Of a stretch of 64,000 nucleotides of DNA, positions 29,392-38,440 are shown piece after piece (the stretch's first letter is position 1; each line of letters begins with the position of its first letter). Source of the stretch: an uncultured Ignavibacteria bacterium (lineage in GTDB: Bacteria > Zixibacteria > MSB-5A5 > RBG-16-43-9). The stretch covers positions 34,470-98,469 of the forward strand of contig CAZEDM010000008.1 in assembly GCA_964511075.1 (NCBI GenBank). Direction: 5' to 3'. Position numbers and translations under genes: made by a program. The notes under the pieces were generated by a model. The model was not told the DNA's origin and did not search any database. It worked only from the letters and a program-made list of their open reading frames with translations.

Positions 29392-30543
29392 TTATAATCT
29401 CCTTTCTTTGAGGGTTCCGGGGCTACTTTCAGGGTAGGCTCGGCCGTCATCGTGGCAATTTCCACAGGAGGGTTTATCCTCGAACCTTCTTTCCACATGG
29501 CACTCTGCGCAGTCCAGCTCCTGGTGGATTTCGTCCAGGACCAATCCGGTTACAGTATGATCAAAGTTCTCGGTGTTCCAATTGCTATGGCAGGAAACGC
29601 ACGCCGGTTTAAGTTTGGTTAACTTGCGCCCGGCGGGATGACAGGAGCGGCAGCTGAGAGCCTGGTGAAATCTATTCAATGGCCATCCGGTTCGAGCATG
29701 GTCAAAACCTTTCCTCTCACTCTGAGCATGACAGATGGAGCAGGTTTTCATGGTGTGACAGGTGATGCAAGGTTTGTGGTGCTCTTTGGAGGTTTTCATT
29801 GCCGGTTCAGGTTCTTCCCCTACCTCATGACAGCGAGTGCAGCTCTGCTCACTATGACAATTCACGCATTTAAGCTCAAACAGCTCCACATGATCTTTGT
29901 GATGGAAGGTTACCACCGGGCCATTGGCGTAGTTTGTATGATAGACTTTTTTGTCCGGCACGGTTATAGTTGGATGCTTTGTCCCGATAATATCGGTGGT
30001 GTCGATCTTTTGCATAGACATCTCTCCAGGTGTTTTTTTTGCATGACAGATATCGCAGGCAGTGCTGTGGCTCCATTCCCTGTGACAGTTCATACATTGA
30101 CGATGATAAGCTCCCTTGAGCCCGGGCTGACGCAGATCCTCCGGATTTAAAGGGCCACCGTGGCACTCCCTGCAGGGAGGTATGTGACCGGGAGGAGCAT
30201 AGTGGTGGCAGACTGCACATCCTTGACCCATCTCCGCCATTTCAGCATGCAGCTTATGGGCGAATATCACCGGCTTAAACAAATCCTCAAGCTGATTTAA
30301 GATAACCACCTCTGGCCCTTCTTCAGGAGTATGGGGACTCATTTTCTCGGGAAAGCGAGGACAGGACCGGAGACAAGGGTCATTTTTAGTAGGAGTAAAA
30401 CAGATATGGCAGTCACTGCAGGTTGCGTCTGCCGGGAACTCATGAGCAGGTTCGTTTTTCTCTCCCATACTGCTTGTAGAAACCAGGAGAATAAAAATAC
30501 CCGTAGCCAAGATGCTACTCATAACCATTTTGCTGAACACCAC
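29392..30543 (-). CDS. Periplasmic multihaem cytochrome c with 13 CxxCH motifs
   Basis: Signal peptide. 13 CxxCH motifs counted in 383 aa. First gene of a tightly coupled three-gene module. Confidence 0.85.
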   Translation of the reverse strand: MVFSKMVMSSILATGIFILLVSTSSMGEKNEPAHEFPADATCSDCHICFTPTKNDPCLRSCPRFPEKMSPHTPEEGPEVVILNQLEDLFKPVIFAHKLHAEMAEMGQGCAVCHHYAPPGHIPPCRECHGGPLNPEDLRQPGLKGAYHRQCMNCHREWSHSTACDICHAKKTPGEMSMQKIDTTDIIGTKHPTITVPDKKVYHTNYANGPVVTFHHKDHVELFELKCVNCHSEQSCTRCHEVGEEPEPAMKTSKEHHKPCITCHTMKTCSICHAQSERKGFDHARTGWPLNRFHQALSCRSCHPAGRKLTKLKPACVSCHSNWNTENFDHTVTGLVLDEIHQELDCAECHVERRFEDKPSCGNCHDDGRAYPESSPGTLKERRL

Positions 30544-30574
30544 ATCTCCTTTTTAGTTTTTATTTTACGTGTAT

Positions 30575-31246
30575 TTATTTTATATTAAAAAACTCTCTGG
30601 CTACCTTATTCCATTGTTGTATGGTTAATTCATCCCCTAAATCAGGTTTGATCTCGCCTCCCTCCTGTAACACTGGAAATTCAGCCGGGACTAATACTGA
30701 TATTAAATGCTCTTTGGCAGCCTGATTCCAACGTTTAAGCAGTTCACCAGAAAGAAGATTTCTCAGTTCTCGAGAGAGATTAATCGGTTCAATTTTTAAA
30801 ATCCAGTTCTTTTCCGGGTCCTCACGATTCAGAAGGATTGGCTCCTCAGCCAGTTTTTTATTGACCTCCACAACCCTTCCACTAATAGGGGAGGCCTGAA
30901 CCAATTCCCTATTGTCTCTTTTTATCTTCCAGGCGCTGCTTCCCTGGTATATTCTGTCCCCACGCTTAGGCAGTTCTATCTCTTTAACCGATCCGAAAAC
31001 CGAAGAGGTGAACTTATCCATGCCAATATTCACCAGGTTAGGCTGGATCACCTCTGCCCAGGTATGGTTTGGATGTGTGAACACTCCCCTGATCATCCTG
31101 GAAGCTTCAGTCATAAATTGTCTCACCGGGCGGTAGACAGGGGTATTTAACAATCTCCAGAAAAGAATGATTATAAACATGAAGGCGATAGCTATCAGGT
31201 ACTCATTAGCTTTGGTAGCAAGTAAGAATTCTTGAAGAGTTTGCAT
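30575..31246 (-). CDS. Membrane-anchored GcvH-like (lipoyl-domain fold) protein, paralog A
   Basis: N-terminal transmembrane helix. HTWAEV...IGMDKFTSSVFGSV...PISGRVVEVNKKL...NWILKIE aligns with GcvH (HEWV...VGITD.AQ...PVSG.VV.VN..L...GWL.K). No Lys at the lipoylation position. Confidence 0.5.
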   Translation of the reverse strand: MQTLQEFLLATKANEYLIAIAFMFIIILFWRLLNTPVYRPVRQFMTEASRMIRGVFTHPNHTWAEVIQPNLVNIGMDKFTSSVFGSVKEIELPKRGDRIYQGSSAWKIKRDNRELVQASPISGRVVEVNKKLAEEPILLNREDPEKNWILKIEPINLSRELRNLLSGELLKRWNQAAKEHLISVLVPAEFPVLQEGGEIKPDLGDELTIQQWNKVAREFFNIK

Positions 31247-31312
31247 ATAAAGCTCCTTTGATGAGGTATCTTCTTAAAAAAACCTGTTTACCTTTATCCT
31301 TATATCTATGGC

Positions 31313-31972
31313 TTAATCCGTTGAGTCAAAAAACTCCCGGTTGACCTTCTCCCACTGTTCGGAGGTTAATTCGTTCCCCAGGTCAGATTTAATTTCCCCG
31401 CCCTCCTGCAGGACAGGAAATTCTGCCGTGGTCAAAGTAGCTACGAGCTGATCCTTAACCGCCTGATTCCAGCGCTTCAGGATGGTTCCGTGTAGCAGGT
31501 TCTGGAGCTCTCCTTTCATTCTATCCGGTCTGATTTTTAATATCCAATTCCTTTCAGTATCCTTCTGGGTTAAAAGCTTAGGATTATCCGCCAGCTCCTG
31601 GTTTAAAGCCACCACCGTGCCGCTAATGGGTGAAGTCTGAGTCAACTCTCGGTTTCCCCTTCTTAATAACCAGGCTTTTTCTCCCTGATGAATCCGGCTT
31701 CCCACAGGAGGAAGAGATAACGCCTCGACTGAGCCGAAAACTGATGTGGTGAAATCGTCCACTCCCACTGTAATTAAACTGGGATCGAGAACCCTGACCC
31801 AAGCATGACCTGGGTGCACGAAAATTCCCTCTAAGGCGGAGGGGAGCTTCAACTTGGTGGTCAAGGGGGTTTTCTCTTCTGCTGGGGCAACGGCCTTTCT
31901 TTGACGCCAGATACCAATTCCTATGGCTAAAGCCACGAAAAGTAAAATAAGGATTACCGACATTTCAATCAC
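31313..31972 (-). CDS. Membrane-anchored GcvH-like protein, paralog B (tandem duplicate of 30575-31246)
   Basis: About 45% identical to paralog A by eye. HAWVRV...VGVDDFTTSVFGSV...PISGTVVALNQEL...NWILKIR. Confidence 0.5.
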   Translation of the reverse strand: MIEMSVILILLFVALAIGIGIWRQRKAVAPAEEKTPLTTKLKLPSALEGIFVHPGHAWVRVLDPSLITVGVDDFTTSVFGSVEALSLPPVGSRIHQGEKAWLLRRGNRELTQTSPISGTVVALNQELADNPKLLTQKDTERNWILKIRPDRMKGELQNLLHGTILKRWNQAVKDQLVATLTTAEFPVLQEGGEIKSDLGNELTSEQWEKVNREFFDSTD

Positions 31973-31998
31973 CTCGCTTTTTCCTAATAGTTAACCTC

Positions 31999-32094
31999 TC
32001 ATCGTGTTTCGGTAACTTCAATCTTTTTTCTTCCACGCAACAAACCTATCCCCATTGCTAACACAGTGAAAAGCAAACCTAATAATATTGACAT
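31999..32094 (-). CDS. 31-aa single-transmembrane micro-ORF resembling the membrane anchors of the GcvH-like paralogs (possible remnant of a third copy)
   Basis: Own translation MSILLGLLFTVLAMGIGLLRGRKKIEVTETR; compare MSVILILLFVALAIGIGIWRQRK of the 31313 gene. Not in the supplied ORF track (below its length cut-off). Confidence 0.25.
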   Translation of the reverse strand: MSILLGLLFTVLAMGIGLLRGRKKIEVTETR

Positions 32095-32687
32095 TTTTGC
32101 TCACCTGACCTTTCTATTAGAAAGGAACACTTGTCTGTACTCATTGTAAATAAGGGCAAATAGAGTGCCGCAAAACCTACCATCTAAGATGGTATCTGCT
32201 AAGTCCCAGAATCATATGAGATTATCGTACAATGTATATAAGGAAAGTTAGAATTATTCAAAATTTTTAGCGCAAGCACGTTGAAAATTTCTACAGAGTA
32301 TTTGAGGTTGAATGTTGGATTATTAGTAATTACAGTGCTGTCAATATCTTAGTAATTGTAGAGAAATTCAACATCAAGTGGCGTTTATTTCCACATTTTT
32401 CTTTTATTTAACTATAGTATCAAAAAATTACTCATCCTTAGTCAGAGATCAAGGCATTAAAAAAATTGTTGCTGAGGTCAAACACGGTTTTCTTACAAAT
32501 TGATAAATTAGATCTATGTGATATTAATTGATTCTCTAAGTGGAAGAAAAGAAAAGAATTACGAGGAGGAGAATTTCGAATTGACTTCTCAATTTTCATT
32601 ATTTTTTTTCTTATTTTTTTAAAAAAAAGCTTGACATTATGATATCCGTCATATAAAATAAGATGAATGAGATATGGTTAATCAATT

Positions 32688-32705
32688 TTGTGAAAAAAAT
32701 CACAA
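32688..32705. promoter_or_regulatory. Candidate Rex operator TTGTGAAAAAAATCACAA
   Basis: TGTGA-N6-TCACA matches the Rex operator consensus (TTGTGAA-N4-TTCACAA) with one half-site mismatch. 82 bp upstream of the 32787 start. A possible -35/-10 pair (TTGACA ... TATAAA/ATAAAA, spacing ambiguous at 15-16 nt) lies at 32630-32660. Confidence 0.5.
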
Positions 32706-32786
32706 TCTCATATAAGGAGGTGGTAATCAACAAAATCAGATTTCTGTAGAGAACAAAATACGCCTGAACCCTAAGGAGGAAAGAAT

Positions 32787-35438
32787 ATGAGTAATAGAAA
32801 AAGGATTTTGATTGTTACCTGCTTTTTGATTTTTATGGGCTTTCAATTATCTTCAGCCGCATCTCCCGTGGCTAAAATAAGGCTTTTGGCTTATTCAGAA
32901 AGAGACCTTGCCCTTGATACCACTTTGACAAGAACTTCGACCGGGTTGCCTAATGTAGGTGTTGGGAGTATGGTTTATTTTACTGCTAATCCTGAGGAGC
33001 CCGGTGCTTATACTTATACCTGGACTCTTAGCACCCCTCTTGGTTCCTCCACCACCCTGAGCGATGATGCTATACAGAATCCTACTATGGTTCCGGATTT
33101 GGAGGGAACTTATATAGTTACTCTGGTGATAGCAGATACCTCTGGAACAAGCGATCCTGATACGATGTATATCAGTGCCGGAACCTGGGTGGGCACAGGG
33201 CAAATAGGCGGGATGACCCCGCATTGGCCCCAGTGTGGCTTCTTCTGCCATAATGATAAGATCGCCGAATGGGAGGAAACCGGACACGCTGTTATCTTTC
33301 AGCAAGGTTTAGACGGGATAGCCAGTAGCCACTATGGTTCAAGTTGTATCAGCTGTCACACGGTTGGATATGATACAGACCCGGCCGCAGATAATTTCGG
33401 CTTTGATGATGTGGCAACATTATTAGGCTGGACCTTCCCGGATACTCTATTTCCTGGTCAGTTTGATTCCCTGGTAATCAATTATCCGGATTTAGCTAAC
33501 TTGGGAAATATCCAGTGTGAGAACTGTCATGGTCCGGGTAGCAGGCACGGCGGAGAGGACAGATGGAACAGGATTGCGGTTAGCTATGGATCCGGGGTCT
33601 GTGCCTATTGTCATGACTCAGGCACTCATCATATAAAACCTTATCAGTGGGATTATTCCAGGCATCCATTTGCAGTAGGGGAACATGATCACATGAACCG
33701 AACTTCCTGCTCCAGATGTCATACTGCTCAGGGTTATATAGACGAGACCATAAACGGAGGTTCCTCCGGTGCACCTTATAAGTACGCGGAGGGTGTAACC
33801 TGTAGCGCCTGCCATGACCCTCACAGCGATGCCAATGAGTATCAGCTCAGGAGAGCAGAGGTTTACGGTGTTTGTTACGACTGTCATACGCTAAGAGTCA
33901 GCAGTCACGGGATCCATCATTCGCACCAATCCGATATGTTAGAAGGAAACAGCGGATACGAGTACCCAGGAGAGCTGTATCCGGTTGGGAGTCATACTTA
34001 CACAACCGAGAAATGCGTGGGATGTCATATGGCAACATCTCCTGCGGATAGCCTGGTCACCAAGGTGGGCGAGCATACCTTTGCGGTCTTCTCAGACAAC
34101 GGGACTCCGGACGACTCTACTGATGACATCCTGAATGATGAGGGGTGCAAGGGATGTCATGGCAGTGTAAGCCTGGTTTTCCTCAGGAAAAGTCAGGAGA
34201 AATTTGTGAATCTACTTGATTCGCTGGCAGCTTTACTTCCCAAGGATGGAAGTGGTGAGGTCATTAGCCATACGGAAGATGATCTTCTGACCCTGACTGA
34301 AATAGGAGGAGCTTACAACTACTATTTTGTGCTGGATGACGGAAGTTATGGCACACACAACCCCAGATATGCGGAAAAACTCTTATGGGATTCCATTAAG
34401 AGGTTAGTAGCTCAGATGCATGCCGGGGACATAGTGGAGATATCGGATGTGCCTAATGATCAGGGCAAACAGGTGAGGATCCTCTGGAATATGTTTGCCG
34501 GCGAGGACGATGTCGATCATCCGGTCACTCAATATGGGATCTGGCGAAGAGATGAGTCCTCTACCGCAAAAGCTTTGACTGGGAAGGTGAATACCTTCAA
34601 GGAGTTGCTCTCCTACTATCCTAACATAGAAGCCGGAGCTACCTTCTCGGTGGCAGGGACGATCTGGACTTTCTTGGGCTCAATCCCGGCCTCCCATCAT
34701 GAGCGTTATGGTTATGTAGCTCCTACTCTTTTTGACTCCACCATTGTTTCCGGAATGCAGTGGTCAGTTTTCTACGTATCCGGTCATACGGCTGACCCTG
34801 GCATCTTCTACGAGTCCTACCCGGATAGCGGATATTCAGTGGACAACCTGGTTCCCGCTCCTCCCACCGGCCTGGCAGCTATTATTCAGGGGCGGAATGT
34901 CCAGTTGAGCTGGGATGACTCTTCGGATCCTGATTTTGACTACTTTGCCGTCTATAGAAGCACTACCCCGGGATTTACCCCCTCTCCGGCTAACCGTATA
35001 GGCTATAGTTCCAATCCCGAGTATGTGGACTCCAATTTAGTTAATGGAACTCATTATTATAAATTAACCGCCACCGATTTCTCTGGAAACGAAGGAGGTC
35101 CATCGCTTGAGCTTCCGATTAACATCACCTCAGTCAGGGAGGAAGAGGGAGCTGTGCCCAAGGTGTTTGCCCTGTTCCAGAACTATCCCAATCCCTTCAA
35201 CCCGTATACTCAGATCAAATTCTCCGTGGCTAATAGAACTAAGGTGGGACTCTCGGTTTACAATATCCTGGGACAGAGGGTGAAAACTCTACTGGATGAA
35301 GAGATGGAAGCAGGGAATTATGTGGCTACTTGGGACGGAAAGGATGAGAAAGGATATGATGTCTCCAGCGGAATCTATTTCTACAAACTGAATACCAAGG
35401 AGTTCACCCAGACCAAAAAGATGCTTCTGGTCAGATAG
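32787..35438 (+). CDS. Secreted multihaem cytochrome c (8 CxxCH + 1 CX3CH) with fibronectin-III domain and T9SS-type C-terminal sorting domain
   Basis: Signal peptide. Haem motifs include CGFFCH. FN3-like PAPPTGL...LSWDDSSD...YRS. C-terminus FALFQNYPNPFNP.T.I.F......VGLSVYNILGQRV..L.........WDGKDEKG..VSSGIYFYKL......TKKMLLV is the Por/T9SS CTD pattern. Confidence 0.85.
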   Translation: MSNRKRILIVTCFLIFMGFQLSSAASPVAKIRLLAYSERDLALDTTLTRTSTGLPNVGVGSMVYFTANPEEPGAYTYTWTLSTPLGSSTTLSDDAIQNPTMVPDLEGTYIVTLVIADTSGTSDPDTMYISAGTWVGTGQIGGMTPHWPQCGFFCHNDKIAEWEETGHAVIFQQGLDGIASSHYGSSCISCHTVGYDTDPAADNFGFDDVATLLGWTFPDTLFPGQFDSLVINYPDLANLGNIQCENCHGPGSRHGGEDRWNRIAVSYGSGVCAYCHDSGTHHIKPYQWDYSRHPFAVGEHDHMNRTSCSRCHTAQGYIDETINGGSSGAPYKYAEGVTCSACHDPHSDANEYQLRRAEVYGVCYDCHTLRVSSHGIHHSHQSDMLEGNSGYEYPGELYPVGSHTYTTEKCVGCHMATSPADSLVTKVGEHTFAVFSDNGTPDDSTDDILNDEGCKGCHGSVSLVFLRKSQEKFVNLLDSLAALLPKDGSGEVISHTEDDLLTLTEIGGAYNYYFVLDDGSYGTHNPRYAEKLLWDSIKRLVAQMHAGDIVEISDVPNDQGKQVRILWNMFAGEDDVDHPVTQYGIWRRDESSTAKALTGKVNTFKELLSYYPNIEAGATFSVAGTIWTFLGSIPASHHERYGYVAPTLFDSTIVSGMQWSVFYVSGHTADPGIFYESYPDSGYSVDNLVPAPPTGLAAIIQGRNVQLSWDDSSDPDFDYFAVYRSTTPGFTPSPANRIGYSSNPEYVDSNLVNGTHYYKLTATDFSGNEGGPSLELPINITSVREEEGAVPKVFALFQNYPNPFNPYTQIKFSVANRTKVGLSVYNILGQRVKTLLDEEMEAGNYVATWDGKDEKGYDVSSGIYFYKLNTKEFTQTKKMLLVR

Positions 35439-35460
35439 AAAAAGTGGTTTAGCTATCAAG

Positions 35461-35497
35461 AAAACCGACCCTGGCCTTCACATGGGTCGGTTTTCTT
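35461..35497 (+). terminator. Rho-independent terminator after the T9SS cytochrome gene
   Basis: AAAACCGACCC-loop-GGGTCGGTTTTCTTAT. Confidence 0.5.
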
Positions 35498-35849
35498 ATA
35501 GCTTAGAGATCGTGATTAAAAGAGTGAAGAATCTGCAAAGGAGTCCTTCATAAGAAGAAAATCCAGGTATTTCAGCAAAGGGAAGTATTTATCCTTCTCA
35601 TATTTTCAGGAGATGTTGACGAGTTGACATACGTGGGGAATAATTTTTGTTTTTCCAGTAAACAGTTCCAAGATGCTTTTGCATTGGAGACTTCGGGATC
35701 TGAATGAATTTGAGGAATCAATTTGTTACAATCTTTGAAAATATAAGGAGAGTTTTTTCTTGACATCTTTGGTCTTGTTTACCATTCTATTGTAGGTTTT
35801 TAGATTAAGCATTTTTGAAAAGAGTGATTTCTGAAAAAGGGAAAGCCGA

Positions 35850-37163
35850 GTGAAGAAAAAGATATTTTTCCTGGGAACAGCAACCCTGATTATCTTAGGA
35901 TTATTCGGATGCACTAAAAATAAATTTAAACCTACCAGTTCACAGCCTATAGATATCCCCTACTATAATTCAGCTAATGATTCCTGTTTTGTCTGCCATA
36001 ACGACCCATCTTTAAAAAAGACCATCGGAGCAGAGACGGTCCCGCTTTATGTTGACCGTGAGAGATTCGCCCGCTCCATTCACCGGGCTAATCGATGTCT
36101 GGATTGCCATACGGACATAGTTTTCTATAAAGGGCATTCCGAGGCGGTGAAGACCTATGGGGGCTGGGCAAATTTCAGCGCCGAGGATACCAGCCAGACC
36201 AGAAATTATCACACCAGCGCCTCCATCTCCTGTGGTAACTGTCATACAGATCAATCAGGTTTCTTCTCAAGTCAGCATTATCTGATCGAGGATATTAAGC
36301 AGTCTCGCCAGGAGACTCACGATGGTATGGAGATAGGCAAGGATTATGATGAGGCCAAGTGTGGTAAATGCCATCTTACCTGTGCCACCTGTCATTTTAA
36401 AGGTGAGAGAGTTCAACAGAATTTTGGAGAGATAACTGATTATTGGAGTCAATTATTAACAGGCAATCAGGTTCCAGGAGCAGATGAGATGACCGACTGG
36501 TCGATCGACTGGACCACCAACATTGAATCGCACGATTTTGCTAAAGCTGAGGATCTAGAAGGTTCGAATGATTTGTGCCGGGTATGTCACACAGGTTATT
36601 ATACCCAGTACGGGGTCCGTGGATTCCCGAACTCAGATACGCTGGTTCACGATATGATAACCAGCCAGGGGGTGGTGAAATATCCTCAATATGAGGAGTG
36701 GAGCTTTCTAAAAGGTGATATTAGTGTAATGACAGGGGTTTCTTATTTAGATTCGATATATGCACGAATGGGAAATTCAGACCATTACTCTCGGAAATGC
36801 ATCGACTGTCATGATAAAATTCATTCCTTAACGCCCATCACTTGCTTGAAGTGTCATGCTGATAAGGTAATTCCGAAGGGCAGAGAGCATTCTGATGTGG
36901 GTTGTGAGGCTTGTCACGATGCTACGATGAAGCCGTTCAGAGTAAACTATTCAGTATTCCCCCGGGCTGACACCGTGAGAGCAGCAGCAATTAAAGATAA
37001 TAAAGTCATAGATTGGCGCTCCCATATGATTGTTGATCCGAGGAATACGTTAGGAGTTCCTGATTTCTGTATCTATAAATGCCATAATCCGGTGGGGCAA
37101 GGTACGGTTGGTGCTCCCAAGAACTTTGAGATAATGGAAATTCATGATCAAGATGATAAATGA
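35850..37163 (+). CDS. Multihaem cytochrome c lipoprotein (9 CxxCH + 1 CX3CH)
   Basis: GTG start. Lipobox LFGC. Motifs CFVCH, CLDCH, CGNCH, CGKCH, CATCH, CRVCH, CIDCH, CLKCH, CEACH, CIYKCH. Confidence 0.85.
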   Translation: MKKKIFFLGTATLIILGLFGCTKNKFKPTSSQPIDIPYYNSANDSCFVCHNDPSLKKTIGAETVPLYVDRERFARSIHRANRCLDCHTDIVFYKGHSEAVKTYGGWANFSAEDTSQTRNYHTSASISCGNCHTDQSGFFSSQHYLIEDIKQSRQETHDGMEIGKDYDEAKCGKCHLTCATCHFKGERVQQNFGEITDYWSQLLTGNQVPGADEMTDWSIDWTTNIESHDFAKAEDLEGSNDLCRVCHTGYYTQYGVRGFPNSDTLVHDMITSQGVVKYPQYEEWSFLKGDISVMTGVSYLDSIYARMGNSDHYSRKCIDCHDKIHSLTPITCLKCHADKVIPKGREHSDVGCEACHDATMKPFRVNYSVFPRADTVRAAAIKDNKVIDWRSHMIVDPRNTLGVPDFCIYKCHNPVGQGTVGAPKNFEIMEIHDQDDK

Positions 37164-37169
37164 GGAGAG

Positions 37170-38394
37170 AATGAAGCGAAAGGTCATTTTAGTTCTAAGT
37201 TTATTGAGCCTCTTTATTTTCAAGAATGGTCAGGCTGTTGAGCTTAAAGCCAACATCTCCACCTGCTTTAACTCCTATCAGACTCAGGACCTTTATACTG
37301 AGGAGAAGACCTCTTACCTCAGAGCTTATCAGAGTTTCAGGTTTGATTTAACAGAATTGGGAACAAAAGACCTGTCCTTTCACACTTATTTTCGCTCCAC
37401 TACAGATCTTCTCCATGAGAATTCCACTGATCCCTCCACAAAAATTTATAACGCCTATCTCAACTGGAAAAATATCAAGAAGGTATTAGATTTAAGATTA
37501 GGCAGGCAGTTTCTGTATGCGGGAGTGGGGAATGCGACTATGGACGGTTTGAGATTGGATCTCAAACCCAAGCAAAAGCTTCAGCTGACCGCATATGCGG
37601 GGTTTCAACTTCCCCGGTATAAATGGACCAAAATAGATACCTGGGAGAAAAGCCATATTTTCGGCGGCGAGATATCAACCACATATCTGAAAAATACCAG
37701 ATTGGCTGTAAGCTATGTTCAGAAAGAAAGAGAGAAGGCTTTGGAGGAGCATTTGATCGGGATCAATGCCGCTCACCTTTATAAAAAACTTGATTTCTAC
37801 AGCCAGTTTTATTATAACCTGGTTTACAAGAAAGTTCAGAACTTAACCTTGAGAGGAGCCTGCTCAAGGCTTTGGGATAAACTCTACCTCTCACTGGAAT
37901 ATCAATTCCGCAGACCCAGCATATACTCCAACTCTATCTTCAGCGTTTTCAAACAGGAGAGTTATTCCATTTTCAGGTTCTCAGGCTCCTATCAGCTATT
38001 GAGAGATCTCAGATTCTCTTCGGAGTATGATCTGACCCTCTACGAGTCGGATAACTCCGCTCGCACAAGACTGGGGATAGAATATGCCTTTATAGGTCTG
38101 GGAGTTAATTTCAGAAGAGGATACGGCGGGGAGAACAATGGGGTTTATGGGAAACTGGTGTATTCCCTTAAGAGGAATTTAATCTTGTCAGCCTGTGCTG
38201 ATTACGGCAAGTACAAGCTGGATGAGGAACAGGAAAGCACAGACGAGTCGTTCATACTTTCCTCGAGACTGGAATGGGAGCCCTTGAGAAACTTCAGGTT
38301 TGCACTGGAGCTTCAGGATTTAAGGAATAAAGTCAAAAGCTACGACTTCAGATTCCAGGGAAGGGCAAGCTATAGATTCGGGCTTTCATTTTAA
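37170..38394 (+). CDS. Putative outer-membrane beta-barrel protein (porin-like component of a porin-cytochrome conduit)
   Basis: Signal peptide (MKRKVILVLSLLSLFIFKNGQA). Alternating amphipathic beta-strand pattern. C-terminal ...YRFGLSF ends in Phe. GAGGAG ribosome-binding site 4 nt before the ATG at 37170 (the longest ORF would start at 37144). Confidence 0.55.
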
Positions 38395-38440
38395 GATTCG
38401 GGGAAGGGATTTGTAGAACAGGACATAAAAAGGAAATGGG

